Notes under the pieces: generated by a model | The model's input: only the letters and a program-made list of their open reading frames with translations | The model's database searches: none | Told to the model about the DNA's origin: nothing | NCBI GenBank assembly: GCA_963804165.1 | Contig: CAWDPO010000011.1 | Location: 134,578 to 198,577, forward strand | DNA: 64,000 bases | Direction of reading: 5' to 3' | DNA from: an uncultured delta proteobacterium | GTDB lineage: Bacteria > Desulfobacterota > Binatia > UBA9968 | Shown here: in pieces, positions 21,463-32,872 of the stretch | Layout of the letters: every line of letters begins with the position of its first letter | Position numbering within the stretch: position 1 is the first letter of the stretch | Program-made: the position numbers and the translations under genes

Positions 21463-23625
21463 ATGCGAAATGAACAGGGCTTGTTGATTAACCGGGATCT
21501 CTCTTGGCTGGAATTCAACCGACGCGTTCTAGAAGAGGCCAAAGATTCCACGGTGCCTCTACTCGAGCGAGTGAAGTTTCTCGCCATTTTCAGCTCCAAT
21601 CTCGATGAATTTTTCATGGTCCGCGTGGCGGGACTGAAGCGCCAAGTCGGCAGCGAGGGAACGGCCGACTCCAATGGGGTCGCCCCGGATGGGATTTTGC
21701 GAGCCATCTCCCGACGAGTCCACGAACTGACGGAGGAACAGCACCTCTGTTTTCTCAACACGGTCTTGCCGCAACTTACCGAGGAAGGAATCCATTTGGT
21801 TCGTCCGGAAGAAATGACCGGCGAGCAGGCGCAGTGGTTGGAGGAATTTTTTCAACGGACCCTGTACCCGATCGTGACGCCCTTGGCCATCGATCCCGGT
21901 CATCCGTTCCCGTATCTTACCAACCGTTCACTTTCTTTGGTCGTATCGCTGCGGGCGAAGATCGCGTCCCCTTTGCCGCACACTGAACTTTCCATCGTGC
22001 ATATTCCCGGTCAGGTTGTGCCGAGATTTATTCAGCTGCCGGCGCGGGAAGGACAATACGCTTTCATTTTGCTCGAACAAGTTCTGCGTCACTATCTGCC
22101 GCGTTTTTACCATGGTTTCGAGATCCTCTCGGCTCACGCCGTGCGGGTGACGCGGGACGCAGAATTCGGCCTCGTGCGCCGACGCGACGAGGATCTGCTG
22201 ATGACCATCGAACAGGGCATCCGCGAACGGCGTATGGGCGATGCCGTTCGTCTCCAATATGATCCGGATCTTTCCAAGGACCTTTTGACCCAGCTCGTGG
22301 AGGAGCTCGAACTGACCCAAGACGATCTGTACCCAGGCAAAGGGTTTACCGCTTTTACCGATTTATTTCAGCTCTATTCCGCGGTTAATGTTCCCCGGCT
22401 CAAAGATCGACCGCAGACGCTGTTGCCCGTCTCTGGTTTCGAGCGCGGCCCCGATATTTGGAACACCATCCGGAGCGGCGATGTCATGGTCTTCCATCCT
22501 TATGAGTCATTCGAAGCGGTCACCCATTTCGTCGAAGAGGCGGCGAAAGATCCCAAGGTTTTGGCGATTAAGATGACCCTTTATCGAGTGAGCGCCAATT
22601 CGCCGATTGCTCAGGCGCTCGCGCGCGCCGCCGAGGCGGGTAAAGAGGTATCGGTGTTGGTCGAACTACAGGCACGCTTCGATGAGGAAGCCAATATTAC
22701 CTGGGCACGCGCGCTGGAAGAAGTGGGCGCTCATGTTGTTTACGGCATGGTCGGCTACAAGACCCATTGTAAAGTGTGCCTGGTGGTTCGGCAGGAAGTC
22801 GACGGCATCCGGCGTTACTGTCATCTCTCGACCGGCAACTACAATGTGCGCACGAGCGGAATCTATAGCGATCTTGGACTGTTCACTTGCCGGGAAACCT
22901 TTGGCGAGGATCTGACCGAGCTGTTTAATCTCCTGACGGGCTACACCCGGCCGCAAAAATTCCATCACCTCGTGCTGGCGCCGACCGGCCTGCGGGAGCA
23001 CTTCATTGATCTTATCCGGAACGAGGCCGAGCGGGCGCGTGCGGGAGAACCCGCCCGCATCGTAGCGAAGGTGAATAGTTTGATCGATGCCGCTGTTATC
23101 GAACAGCTGTATCTCGCCAGCCAGGCGGGCGTACAGATCGATCTCATCGTGCGCGGCATGTGCAGCCTGCGGCCCGGGCTCCAGGGAGTCTCGGAGCGCA
23201 TCCGCGTGATCTCGATCGTCGATCGATATCTCGAGCACGCTCGCATCTTCTATTTTCACAACGGTGGGACTCCAACTTTTTGGCTCGCATCCGCGGACTG
23301 GATGCCGCGAAACTTCATCCGCCGGATCGAAATTGCGTTTCCCGTGATCGAACTTCAACTGCAGACAAGGTTGAAGGACATTCTCGAGCTTCAACTCGCC
23401 GATTCGGTTAAATCCTGGCGCATGGAGCCCGACGGCAGTTATGTTCGAAACCGGCGCGAGAACGGGCCTGCCTTCCGCTTTCAGGAACGCTATTACGAAA
23501 TGTTGCAAGCTGAGGAGCGCTCTCGGTCTTCGAAGGGCATCGCCCCGATTGACGGGCACGATTTTCGCCGTACCGAGCATGAGCGCGATGTTATTCAACA
23601 TGACGAGAGAAGCGCATCAAAGTAA
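21463..23625 (+). CDS. ppk1: Polyphosphate kinase 1
   Basis: NRDLSWLEFNRRVL, SNLDEFFMVRVAGL, HPFP, IKMTLYR, ELQARFDEEANI, KTHCK, STGNYN, RYLEHAR, SADWMPRN. Confidence 0.97.
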   Translation: MRNEQGLLINRDLSWLEFNRRVLEEAKDSTVPLLERVKFLAIFSSNLDEFFMVRVAGLKRQVGSEGTADSNGVAPDGILRAISRRVHELTEEQHLCFLNTVLPQLTEEGIHLVRPEEMTGEQAQWLEEFFQRTLYPIVTPLAIDPGHPFPYLTNRSLSLVVSLRAKIASPLPHTELSIVHIPGQVVPRFIQLPAREGQYAFILLEQVLRHYLPRFYHGFEILSAHAVRVTRDAEFGLVRRRDEDLLMTIEQGIRERRMGDAVRLQYDPDLSKDLLTQLVEELELTQDDLYPGKGFTAFTDLFQLYSAVNVPRLKDRPQTLLPVSGFERGPDIWNTIRSGDVMVFHPYESFEAVTHFVEEAAKDPKVLAIKMTLYRVSANSPIAQALARAAEAGKEVSVLVELQARFDEEANITWARALEEVGAHVVYGMVGYKTHCKVCLVVRQEVDGIRRYCHLSTGNYNVRTSGIYSDLGLFTCRETFGEDLTELFNLLTGYTRPQKFHHLVLAPTGLREHFIDLIRNEAERARAGEPARIVAKVNSLIDAAVIEQLYLASQAGVQIDLIVRGMCSLRPGLQGVSERIRVISIVDRYLEHARIFYFHNGGTPTFWLASADWMPRNFIRRIEIAFPVIELQLQTRLKDILELQLADSVKSWRMEPDGSYVRNRRENGPAFRFQERYYEMLQAEERSRSSKGIAPIDGHDFRRTEHERDVIQHDERSASK

Positions 23626-23983
23626 CTCTCATCCATAATCCGTACGCTTTAATTATTTCCTGAGGGGCGCGGTGTTCCCACTTCCGTACACGACGGGATC
23701 CTGACCAGCGCCGCGAAGCTGGCCTTCGTCGAAAGATAAGATTCTTTCGTCGAACTTTGTGCAACTCCTCACTCTGGCTCGACCTTCGACTTCCGCATTC
23801 GAGCGTCATCTCATCCCGCAGTCCTCTGTTCGGAATTCACTGACGTTGGCAACTGTGTCTCATCTTTGGAACTAGGAAAAATCAGACACGAATTACCATT
23901 CGTGTTAGGAAATTCGCTCTTCCGTCGTCGCCATTAATTCAACTCACAATCACATCTCTATTCGTTTCGATGATTTGCCGGGC

Positions 23984-23998
23984 TGGCATGTCACTTGC
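23984..23998 (+). promoter_or_regulatory. Sigma54 (-24/-12) promoter
   Basis: TGGCATGTCACTTGC has GG-N10-GC spacing and lies about 60 bp upstream of ATG 24056. Confidence 0.65.
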
Positions 23999-24055
23999 GC
24001 CTTTTGCGATTGGACAACAGCGCGAAGTTATTTCGCTCGAATAAGGAGGCTAATA

Positions 24056-24619
24056 ATGAAACGAAAGCGACAGATTTTAACGGCGGCTCTATTGTCTGCA
24101 AGCGTCGGCTTGGGAGCGCAATCGGTACTGGCGCAAACTGCTCCACGCGACGGCTCGACAGGGCCGACCAATCCGACGGAGCCGGTTGTCCCTCAACCTC
24201 AGCCCGGACCGAGCCTTCCTCGTGAAACCCAACCGACTATTCCCGGACAACCGGCGCCTGGTATTCCACAACCGGACCGGATGCCGGGACAACCCGGAAC
24301 CATTCCGGAAAGAGTGCAACGTCCGAGCAGCGGCGATCAGAACATGAAGATATCGTCCTCTGATATTAAAAAGGCCCAGGATGCCCTCAAGGCCAAGGGG
24401 CTCGATCCCGGAACGGACGGCAGAATGGATGCCAAGACTCAGCAGGCACTGCGCGATTTCCAAAAATCCAACAATCTGCCGGCCACTGGAGTGTTAGACG
24501 ATAGAACCATAGAGAAGCTCGGAGTAAACAGCGGTACGAACTCTGCTCCGGAGCGTGGTAGCTCTTCCAATAAACCTGACAGCTCGCTCCCCAAATCCGA
24601 TAGATCGCCTCCCCAGTAG
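24056..24619 (+). CDS. Secreted Pro/Gln-rich protein with a peptidoglycan-binding (PG_binding_1) domain
   Basis: AGGAGG RBS, signal peptide, IKKAQDALKAKG..DGRMDAKTQQALRDFQKSNNLPATGVLD. Confidence 0.85.
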   Translation: MKRKRQILTAALLSASVGLGAQSVLAQTAPRDGSTGPTNPTEPVVPQPQPGPSLPRETQPTIPGQPAPGIPQPDRMPGQPGTIPERVQRPSSGDQNMKISSSDIKKAQDALKAKGLDPGTDGRMDAKTQQALRDFQKSNNLPATGVLDDRTIEKLGVNSGTNSAPERGSSSNKPDSSLPKSDRSPPQ

Positions 24620-24947
24620 TTTCAGCTCGCAAGTTCTTTTTTGCGCTGTTGTATTCGTAGCTGCGGGAAGGTAAACGGTGGCGTTTACCTTCCCGCGCAA
24701 GACCGAAGATAAGTACCAACCGCCTTGGATTCGATCGACGAGCGCGAAGAGTGGCGCCGCTAGCGAATGATCCGTTCAAACGGTTCATGTTCGCCAAGCA
24801 CGCAAGCACGCTCGGCAAGGGCGCGCCTTTCTGTCCTTGACTGGTGAAATCGCTTTGCCTTATCTTGCGCGCAGCTGACCTTGGCAAGGTCGCTCGATCT
24901 CGCCGCATCTTTGACCCGCACCGCCGCCGGAAATCGGAGAACTTGAA

Positions 24948-25961
24948 ATGATCGTAGGACGGCTCTTATTGAAACGCGGAAAGTTTTTTTGGCTCGCGGT
25001 GGTTCTCGCTGTCGCATGGCTGAATGGGCTGCAGTTGAAAGCGGCACGCTCCCAGGGGAAAAATCCGATCGCCGGGACCAAGATCAGACTGGCCACGCCG
25101 ACGGCATCGCTGAGCTATCTGCCGATCCATGTGGCGCTGAAGAAAGGCTTCTTCGCCAGACGCGGCTTCGACATGGAAGTGATTCAGATGGCGGCGGGTT
25201 TGGCGGCGCCGGCGCTGCTCAACCGGGCGATCGACTACACGACGATACCGAGCGGCCCCGCCACCGCCGGGGCGCGTGGAGCGCCACTCAAAGTCATTTG
25301 CTTCACGTCGGTGAAGCTCCAACATATTCTTATCAGCCGTCCCGAGATCATGACGGTCGCAGACTTGGCCGGCAAACGGATCGGGGCCGGCAGCTTCGGC
25401 ACTCTCCCGGCCTACGAGGTTCGCGTGCTGATAGAGAGATATCGTCTCGGAGCGAACACGATTATCGTGCCACTGAACTCGACCAACGACAGGATGATCG
25501 GCACGCAGCGGGGAACGATCGACGCCACGGTGGTTCGGGCGCCGTTCGATTTGAAGGCGGAAGAAATGGGCATGAGACGGTTGCTGCACATGGGGACGAT
25601 ATTACCGATTCCCCAGGCGGGGTTGGCCACGACAGAGGAAAAAATTAAAACCGCGCGCCAAGAAATTATCGAAATTCTCAAGGCGACGATCGAAGGACTC
25701 GACTATACCTGGAGCCAACGCGAGGGGACCATCGAAATTATCGCCAGATGGATGAACCTCAATCCAGCGCAGGCGGCCAAAGCCTACGACTCCGTGCGCG
25801 AGACTTTCTCCAAGAACGGCGTGCCGACCGAGGAGCAAGCCAAGGCTTACGTCACGATGCTGGCCTCGACGGCCGGATTGAAGGGTGAGCTACCTGCCGC
25901 GGCGATATTCGATTTTTCCCTCGCCGCAGAGGCGGCCAGAGAGCTGGCGGCGAAAAAATAA
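24948..25961 (+). CDS. ABC transporter substrate-binding protein (NMT1/SsuA-like)
   Basis: Signal peptide, VALKKGFFARRGFD, DLAGKRIG, IFDFSLA. Confidence 0.85.
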   Translation: MIVGRLLLKRGKFFWLAVVLAVAWLNGLQLKAARSQGKNPIAGTKIRLATPTASLSYLPIHVALKKGFFARRGFDMEVIQMAAGLAAPALLNRAIDYTTIPSGPATAGARGAPLKVICFTSVKLQHILISRPEIMTVADLAGKRIGAGSFGTLPAYEVRVLIERYRLGANTIIVPLNSTNDRMIGTQRGTIDATVVRAPFDLKAEEMGMRRLLHMGTILPIPQAGLATTEEKIKTARQEIIEILKATIEGLDYTWSQREGTIEIIARWMNLNPAQAAKAYDSVRETFSKNGVPTEEQAKAYVTMLASTAGLKGELPAAAIFDFSLAAEAARELAAKK

Positions 25962-26071
25962 GACTGGGTGTGCGCCCCAAAGATTCAACGAAACTCCACA
26001 ATGCCTAAAGATGCTCGCAAGATAAAACTGCCGAACAACCGGCGGCGCATCGGGAGAAGGGAGTAATAGCA

Positions 26072-27150
26072 ATGGCGCGGCAAACCATGCTCAAAGCTTA
26101 CGGGTCGGCGGCGGTGGTTGCCGCTCTTTTGGCGACTCACGCGCAGGTCCAGGCGCAGACGTTGAACGAGCTCATCGCCGGTGCAAAAAAGGAAGGGGAA
26201 CTCTCGTTCGTCGCCGGTCCGACGACTTTCGGCGGCCGGCAAGCCTTTGCGGACCTGCAGGGCATCTTCAACAAAAAATTCGGTCTCAATTCCCGTTTCA
26301 GCTTGACCGCGGGACCGAGTATGCCGGCGATGGCGGCACGTATCATCACGGAAGCTAAGGCGGGGAGAAAGTCATCGACCGATGTCCATCTCGGTCCGCC
26401 GGCGACGCATGCGGAGCTCCATAATGAAAAACTTTTGGAGCGGGTCAACTATTCGAACATCTTTCCCTGGGTGACGAAAGAAATGGAGATTTTGCCGGGT
26501 GACACGGTGTTGGTTTACACTCGCTGCAAGGAATTTTGTACAACTCCAAGCTATTGTCCAAGGACAAAGCGCCGAAGACCTACGAAGACCTCGTCGATCC
26601 GAAGTTCAGCCACAGTTGGGCGGGGAAATTGGCCATTCCGCCCTACAGCTCCTGGTTGGTCGAGTTGTCGCTCTTCTGGGGCGAGAAGAAAGTGCTCGAT
26701 TACTTGCGCAAGCTGCTGCCGCTGAGCGCCGGTCAAGTGCGTTACGGCGAAATCGAAGAGCGCGTGAGCAGCGGCGAATTTCTTGTCATGGCCAACTGCG
26801 GGTCGGCGGTGGAAAGCATGTGGGAGTGGCAGGGCAAGGGAGCCCCGCTGGTGGGTCTCACCGCTTCCGACCCGGTGCTGACGTCCTATTTTCAGCTCGG
26901 CGTGCCCAAGAACTCCGCGCATCCGAACTTGGCCAAGCTCTTTGTCGCGTTCATGGCGTCGCCCGAAGCGCAACGCGTAGTGGAAAAGTATGAGCAGCGC
27001 TCATCGCATCTGGTGGCGGGAACGCGTATGGCGAAGTATGTAAAGGAAAACCGTCTAAAACTGCAGAGCGCCGGCGATCTGATCGCCTCGTATCACGAGG
27101 GCAAAGGTCTCGAGTTTAGAGCCGAGCTGACCAATATGCTCAAGCAGTGA
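26072..27150 (+). CDS. Extracellular solute-binding protein, frameshift near 26520
   Basis: ORF 26072..26725 (signal peptide, GAKKEGEL) continues in ORF 26536..27150 (YNSKL, PKTYEDLVDPK, HPNLAKLFVAFM). Confidence 0.85.
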
Positions 27151-27205
27151 ACACGCTAAGCGAGAAAACAAATTGCGCAGGGTGCTTGTATTCAAGCGTG
27201 CGGCT

Positions 27206-27944
27206 TCAGCGATTTCCTATGGGCTCCAACCCACTATTGGTGATGGCGCGGGCCGCTTCCGGCGAGGCGAGGAATCTGATCAATCGCGTGAGCCGCGTCG
27301 GAATCTCTGGTACTTACGGCGACGCCGGCCGAGAACACGGAGACTTTCTGTACTTCCGGCGGTAGCGGGGTCACATGATCTATGCCCGCCACGGGAAGTA
27401 GCTCGCTCAATTGCTGGAAGCCGATTTCCGCCTCTCCGCGCGCGACTACGGCGCCAACTCGTTCGCCGCCGCCGATCAGCCGGCTTTTACTCATCACCTG
27501 GTCGGCTATTCCCAAGCGCTGATAAAGTTCCGTGGTGAGATAGTCGCCGCTTACGCTGGCGGAGTACGCGATGGATTGCGCTTGTAAAAGCGTGCGTTTC
27601 AGCGCGTCGACCGTGCTCAAGTCCGGCTTCGGAGCTCCTGCCCGCACCGCCATTCCGATGGCTGAGCGGGCGAGCGGAGTATAGCTTTCGGCGATGATCA
27701 GGCCGTCCTTGATGAATCCAACAAGCACGCCGTCCGCGACAATGACAACGTCTACTGCTTCACCGCGCCGCAGCCGGTTCGGTATGGAAGTTTCGCCCGT
27801 GCCGATGGAGGTGGCCGCAGTCACGAGTTTTTTATTCGTCAGGAGTTCGAGCCGGGGAATAAGTTCAAGATAAGCCGCGGTAAACGCGCCGGAGGTCATG
27901 ACCCGGATGTCATCTGTCGTTATAGTCATGGTTGTCTTAGTCAT
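27206..27944 (-). CDS. ModA-like substrate-binding domain protein (SBP_bac_11), frameshift near 27282
   Basis: IRVMTSGAFTAAY, VRAGAPKPDLS, SIAYSASVSG, VARGEAEIGFQQLSEL. The shifted C-terminus reads LIRFLASPEAARAITNSGLEPIGNR*. Confidence 0.82.
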
Positions 27945-28170
27945 CTTTAAAAGTGTCATGCTCAAGCGATAGTGCGGTGTCACAATCTCACAATTCTTTT
28001 TAATCAGGTAAAGCCGCGAGGGGATCAAAAACAGACACGATGCGAACAAAGGTCATAGTCTTACCATGATTCAAGGTTGAAATCTGAAGACGTTGCCGAG
28101 CCTTGAACTTTTGCACCCTTGAACTTCGAACGATTTTATTGACATTTAGTATGAAGAAGGAGTCAACCCG

Positions 28171-29234
28171 ATGCCCATGATCGATGCCGATACCCATGTC
28201 GACGAGTGCGAAGACACCTGGAAGAAGTTGGAAGGTACGCCGTACGCGAAGTATATCCCGGTGACGATCGCGATGCCGGCGGATGAGGCCAAACGCGCGG
28301 GCTATAACCCGACGAACAGCCGCTGCTGGGTGGTCGAAGGCAGGCTGCAGAACCGCGCGATCCGCGATGAAGTCAACCATCCTCCTCGGGTCTTTCGAGA
28401 GCTTCAGAACGTGGCGGGCCGGCTGGCCCACATGGACAAGATGGGCGTAGATGTGCAGGTTATCTTTCCGACGTTCTTCATCCGCTACAACACCAGCAAC
28501 GCGGAAGCCGAATGGGCGCTGACCACGACCTACAACCGCTGGCTTGCCGAGAAATGCGCGCAGACAAACGGACGGCTGCGCTGGGCGGCTGTGCTGCCGC
28601 TGCTTCAGCCCGAAAAGGCTGTGGAGGAGCTGCGCTGGGCGAAAGAGCACGGCGCTTGCGGTATTTTCAAGCGCGGCTTCGACCTCGACCGGAAGGTCAC
28701 CGATCCGCACTTTTCCCAATTTACGAGGAAGCCGGCGCGCTCGACATCCCGCTGTGCATCCACACCGGCCATCCGCTGCCGGGACACGAATGGGACAGGG
28801 GCTTTCCCATCATATACTCCTTCACCGCACTGGTGAGCTGCGGACTTGCAAGGAAATTCCCGAAGCTTCGCTTTGGGCTCATCGAGTCGGGAGCCTCCTG
28901 GATTCCCTACACGATCTCCCAGTTGGGCGCGGTAAAACGCCAAGCGCTGCGCGGTCACCAGACGCGATTGCCGCGCCTGTTCGAACTGGAACCGGAAATG
29001 TTCCGCGCCAACCGGCTGTTCGTCACCATCGACCCGATCGACGACATCGAGTCTCTGCTGAAGTTCGGCACCGAAGATAATCTGATGATCGGCACCGACT
29101 ACAGCCACACCGACATCTCCGCCAACCTGAGCGCGCTGGATGAAGTCCGCGGCTGGGTGGACGAGGGCAGGATCAGCAATGCCCAAGCTCGCAAGATTCT
29201 CGAGAGCAACTCCCAAGCTTTCTACGGTCTATAA
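28171..29234 (+). CDS. Amidohydrolase_2 family protein, frameshift near 28712
   Basis: IDADTH, MDKMGVDVQVIFPT and YNRWLAE, then CIHTG, ESGASWIP and IGTDYSH in the next frame. Confidence 0.87.
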
Positions 29235-29604
29235 AAATGTTCAAGGCTCCGTGTTCAATGTTCAAGGGTGGAATTCCAGGAGGCGACGTCCTACGGCGCC
29301 GATCCGGGGAATTCATGTTCTCTCACGACGAAGTCTGCAGCAAGAAATCACGCGTAAGGTACTCTACTCGAATTCGCAGTCAACGCCCACGACAGACCTA
29401 GCGAATCCCTCGAAGGACTCAAGTATTTTTAGTAGGCTTGAACGAGAACGAGCGGCGGTTCGCTTTGCGTCCGGACAATCGCTCCGTTCGTCATGAGCTA
29501 GTTTTAAGGCCCCAGAGGGTTGTGCAACGAGCTCCTAGATGTCAAATAAAATGTAAAGCGAACAATCAGGGTGAGAACATTCACCAGACGACCAAGGAGG
29601 AACT

Positions 29605-29964
29605 ATGCGCTACGTTGATGGTTTTGTCTTGCCGGTGCCGAAAAAGAACCTGCAGAGCTATCGCCGTATGGCTCAGAAGGCCGGAAAAGTTTGGCGTGAG
29701 CACGGTGCGCTCGAATACATCGAGTGCGTGGCTGACGACGTGAAAGCGGGCAAGCACACGTCATTCCCGCAGAGCGTCAAGTTGAAACCCGGCGAGACCG
29801 TGGTGTTCGCGTACATCGTCTACAAGTCGCGCGCCCAGCGTGACCGCATCAACGCCAAGGTGATGAAGGACCCGCGCCTGGCCTCCATGATGGACCCCAA
29901 GGCCATGCCTTTCGACGGCAAGCGTATGTTCTGGGGCGGATTCAAGCACCTGGTCGACGCCTGA
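29605..29964 (+). CDS. DUF1428 (YbaA-like) family protein
   Basis: YVDGFVLPVP, EHGALEYIEC, TSFP, MPFDGKRMFWGGF. AGGAGG RBS. Confidence 0.93.
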   Translation: MRYVDGFVLPVPKKNLQSYRRMAQKAGKVWREHGALEYIECVADDVKAGKHTSFPQSVKLKPGETVVFAYIVYKSRAQRDRINAKVMKDPRLASMMDPKAMPFDGKRMFWGGFKHLVDA

Positions 29965-29972
29965 GCATAAGA

Positions 29973-30102
29973 AAATCCGAAATTCGAAACAATTTCAAAA
30001 TTTCGAAACTATTAAAATCCAAAAATCGAATCCGAATCGAGGTTGTTTGGAACATCGGGGCTTTTGTCATTCGATGAAATTGCTTCGCGCTTCGCATTTC
30101 GG
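29973..30102. repeat. AT-rich imperfect inverted repeat (MITE-like)
   Basis: CCGAAATTCGAAACAATTTC at the left pairs with GAAATTGCTTCG..CATTTCGG at the right. Confidence 0.45.
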
Positions 30103-30243
30103 CTTGCGGATTACCGGTCTACAGCTTGGCGCCCCTTGCGCATTTGAAATTTTGGTTACGCCTTCGCCGCGCTGGAGTCTCTGTGGTAAATTCTTGGTGA
30201 TTGCGGCGCCAAATAAATCGTCCGAGAAGTGGGAAATTCACAG

Positions 30244-30435
30244 ATGAAGAAGACATATACGGGCAGCTGTCATAGGGGTGTGCGCTCGTTCGGACAAGGC
30301 GAGCTCGGCACGCTCTACGGCAACGTCATCTGCCTCGACAATGTCGAGATCGAGGGCCTTGTCAGCGCGTATCACCAACGCCGACGGCCGCCACGATAAG
30401 TGGGGTCACCGCCGTCCGAGACCCGCCACCTTTAA
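30244..30435 (+). pseudogene. GFA (CENP-V/aldehyde-activating) family remnant with internal deletion
   Basis: MKKTYTGSCH joins directly to GVRSFG..NVICLDNV. Shifted frames then give ITNADGRHDKW and PPSETRHL*. The central Cys-rich core is missing. Confidence 0.65.
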
Positions 30436-30469
30436 GCAATGAGTTCAGCGCCGCGACGGAGGATGCAAA

Positions 30470-32623
30470 ATGGCTTACGAACTCAAACATCGTACAACGA
30501 AGATCGTCGAAAATGGCAAGAGCTTTCCGCTCGGCGCCACGCTGGCGGCCGATGGAGTGAATTTCGCCGTCTACTCGAAGCACGCGAGCGAGGTTTTTCT
30601 CCTGCTCTTCAACACGCCTGATGGCGAGCCCAGCGATATCATCCAATTGAAGAACCGCGACAAATTCATCTGGCACGCGCGGGTGAACGGCGTGCGTGCC
30701 GGCCAGCTCTATGGCTACAAAGTGCGCGGCGAGCACCGGCCGGAGTGGGGCTTTCGCTTCAATGATGCCAAGCTGCTGCTCGACCCTTATGCCAAGGCCG
30801 TCACCGGCAAGTTCCGCAACGTCGACAATCTTTTGCTGCCCTACGATCCTCGGCATGAAGCGCGAGATCTTTCCTTAGACGCGCGGGACAACACGAACAT
30901 CGTGCCGAAGGCGATCGTCGTCGACGACGCGTTCGACTGGCAGGACGACGTCTCTCCCGATCTTTTGCTGGAACAGTTGATTATCTACGAGGTGCACGCC
31001 AAGGGCTTTACCGCGCACCGTCTTCCGGCGTCGAGCTTCCCGGCACCTATCTCGGTTTCATCGAAAAGATCCCGCATCTCAAGCGGCTCGGCGTCAACGC
31101 CGTGGAGCTCTTGCCCGTCCACGAATACGTCGTCGACGACTTTCTCGCTCGAGCGGGGCCTGACGAATTACTGGGGTTACAACTCCATCGGATTTTTCGC
31201 GCCGGAATCGTCTTATTCCACTCGACGGACGCCGGGCTGCCAGGTCGCCGAGTTCAAAACCTTGGTGCGGGCGCTGCACAAGGCGGGGATCAAAGTCATC
31301 CTCGACGTCGTCTATAACCACACCGCCGAGGGCAATGAGTTCGGTCCGAGCATTTGCTTTCGCGGTCTCGACAATCTCTCCTACTACAGCCTGACCGGGC
31401 CGGCCGACGCGCCGCGACGCTACTACATGAACTACACCGGCTGCGGCAACAGCCTCAACTTCGACAGTCCAGCGGTGATCCGGCTGGTCATGGACTCGCT
31501 GCGCTACTGGGTCGAGGTCATGCACGTGGACGGATTTCGCTTCGACTTGGCCTCGGTGCTCGGGCGCGGCGAACAGGACGGACATTTCCAATCATCGGCG
31601 TCGTTCTTCGACGCCGTCTCCCAGGACCCCGTGCTGAACCAGGTGATCATGGTGGCGGAGCCGTGGGATCTCGGCACGTATCAGGTCGGCAATTTTCCCG
31701 TCGACTGGTCGGAATGGAACGGCAAATTCCGCGACACCATGCGGCGCTTCGGCAAGGGCGACACCGGCCAGTTATCCGACGTCGGCTGGCGGCTTACAGG
31801 ATCGGCCGATCTTTACGGCGAGGACGGACGCTCGGCCTACAACAGCATCAATTTCATCACCTGCCATGACGGTTTCACGCTGCACGATCTGGTCGCGTAC
31901 AACGGCAAGCACAATGAGCCGAACGGCGAGAATAATCGTGACGGCTCCAACGACAACCATTCGTGGAATTGCGGCGTGGAAGGCGACACCGAACGATGAC
32001 CGCCGTCCTGGCGTTGCGTAAGCAGCTGATGAAGAGCAACGCTTGTTATCTGCTTTTTTCGTCGGGGACGCCGATGATTCTCGGCGGCGACGAGTTCGCT
32101 CGCTCGCAGCGCGGCAATAACAACGCTTACTGCCAGGACAACGAGATCAACTGGTTCGATTGGACGCTGCATCGAGCGCAACGCGGAGATTTTCGATTTC
32201 TTCCAAAAGGCGATCGCGTTTACGCGGCGCTTTCCGGTACTGCAGCATCGCAAGTTTTTGCTCGGCAAGGACCTCGACGACGACAACGTGTCGGACCTTA
32301 CTTGGTTTGCGCCGGACTTGGGCGAACCCCAATGGCAGGATGTCAACACGCGCACGCTTTGCTTCCAACTCGATGCCAGCGAGGACGGATCTCGATCTCG
32401 GCGTGGATCGTCTGTTCTTTATTCTCAACGCCCATTACGAGCCGCAATGGATCAAGCTGCCGCCGCTGGATTCCGGGCGCGCATGGCACCGGGCGATCGA
32501 TACGAGCATACGGGCAAAGAGAGTTTCACCGACGCCGGCCGGGAAATCCTCGTCGATCCGCCGGATCACTACATGGCCAATGCGCGCAGCACGGTAGTGC
32601 TGCTCGCCCGCGCGCCGGGCTGA
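30470..32623 (+). CDS. glgX: Glycogen debranching enzyme, several frameshifts
   Basis: [86 protein letters not shown]. Confidence 0.93.
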
Positions 32624-32872
32624 CCGACACTTGCGAATTTTTGGAAATGAGCGCCGAAGATGATTTCACCATGAAGTCCCAGCGCGGCGAAACCGCAAGT
32701 AAAGCGGAAAGTATTTAACCGCAAAGCTTGTCCTAGCAAAAGCGAAGGAACTTGAATCACGCAAAGGCCGCAGTGGAGCGAGGAATTCTTCTTCAATCCC
32801 TCAGCCCATGAATCACGGCCCTGATCACGGCTTTTAGCCTTATCGATCCGCCTTCCTAGAGAGAAGCGCGCC

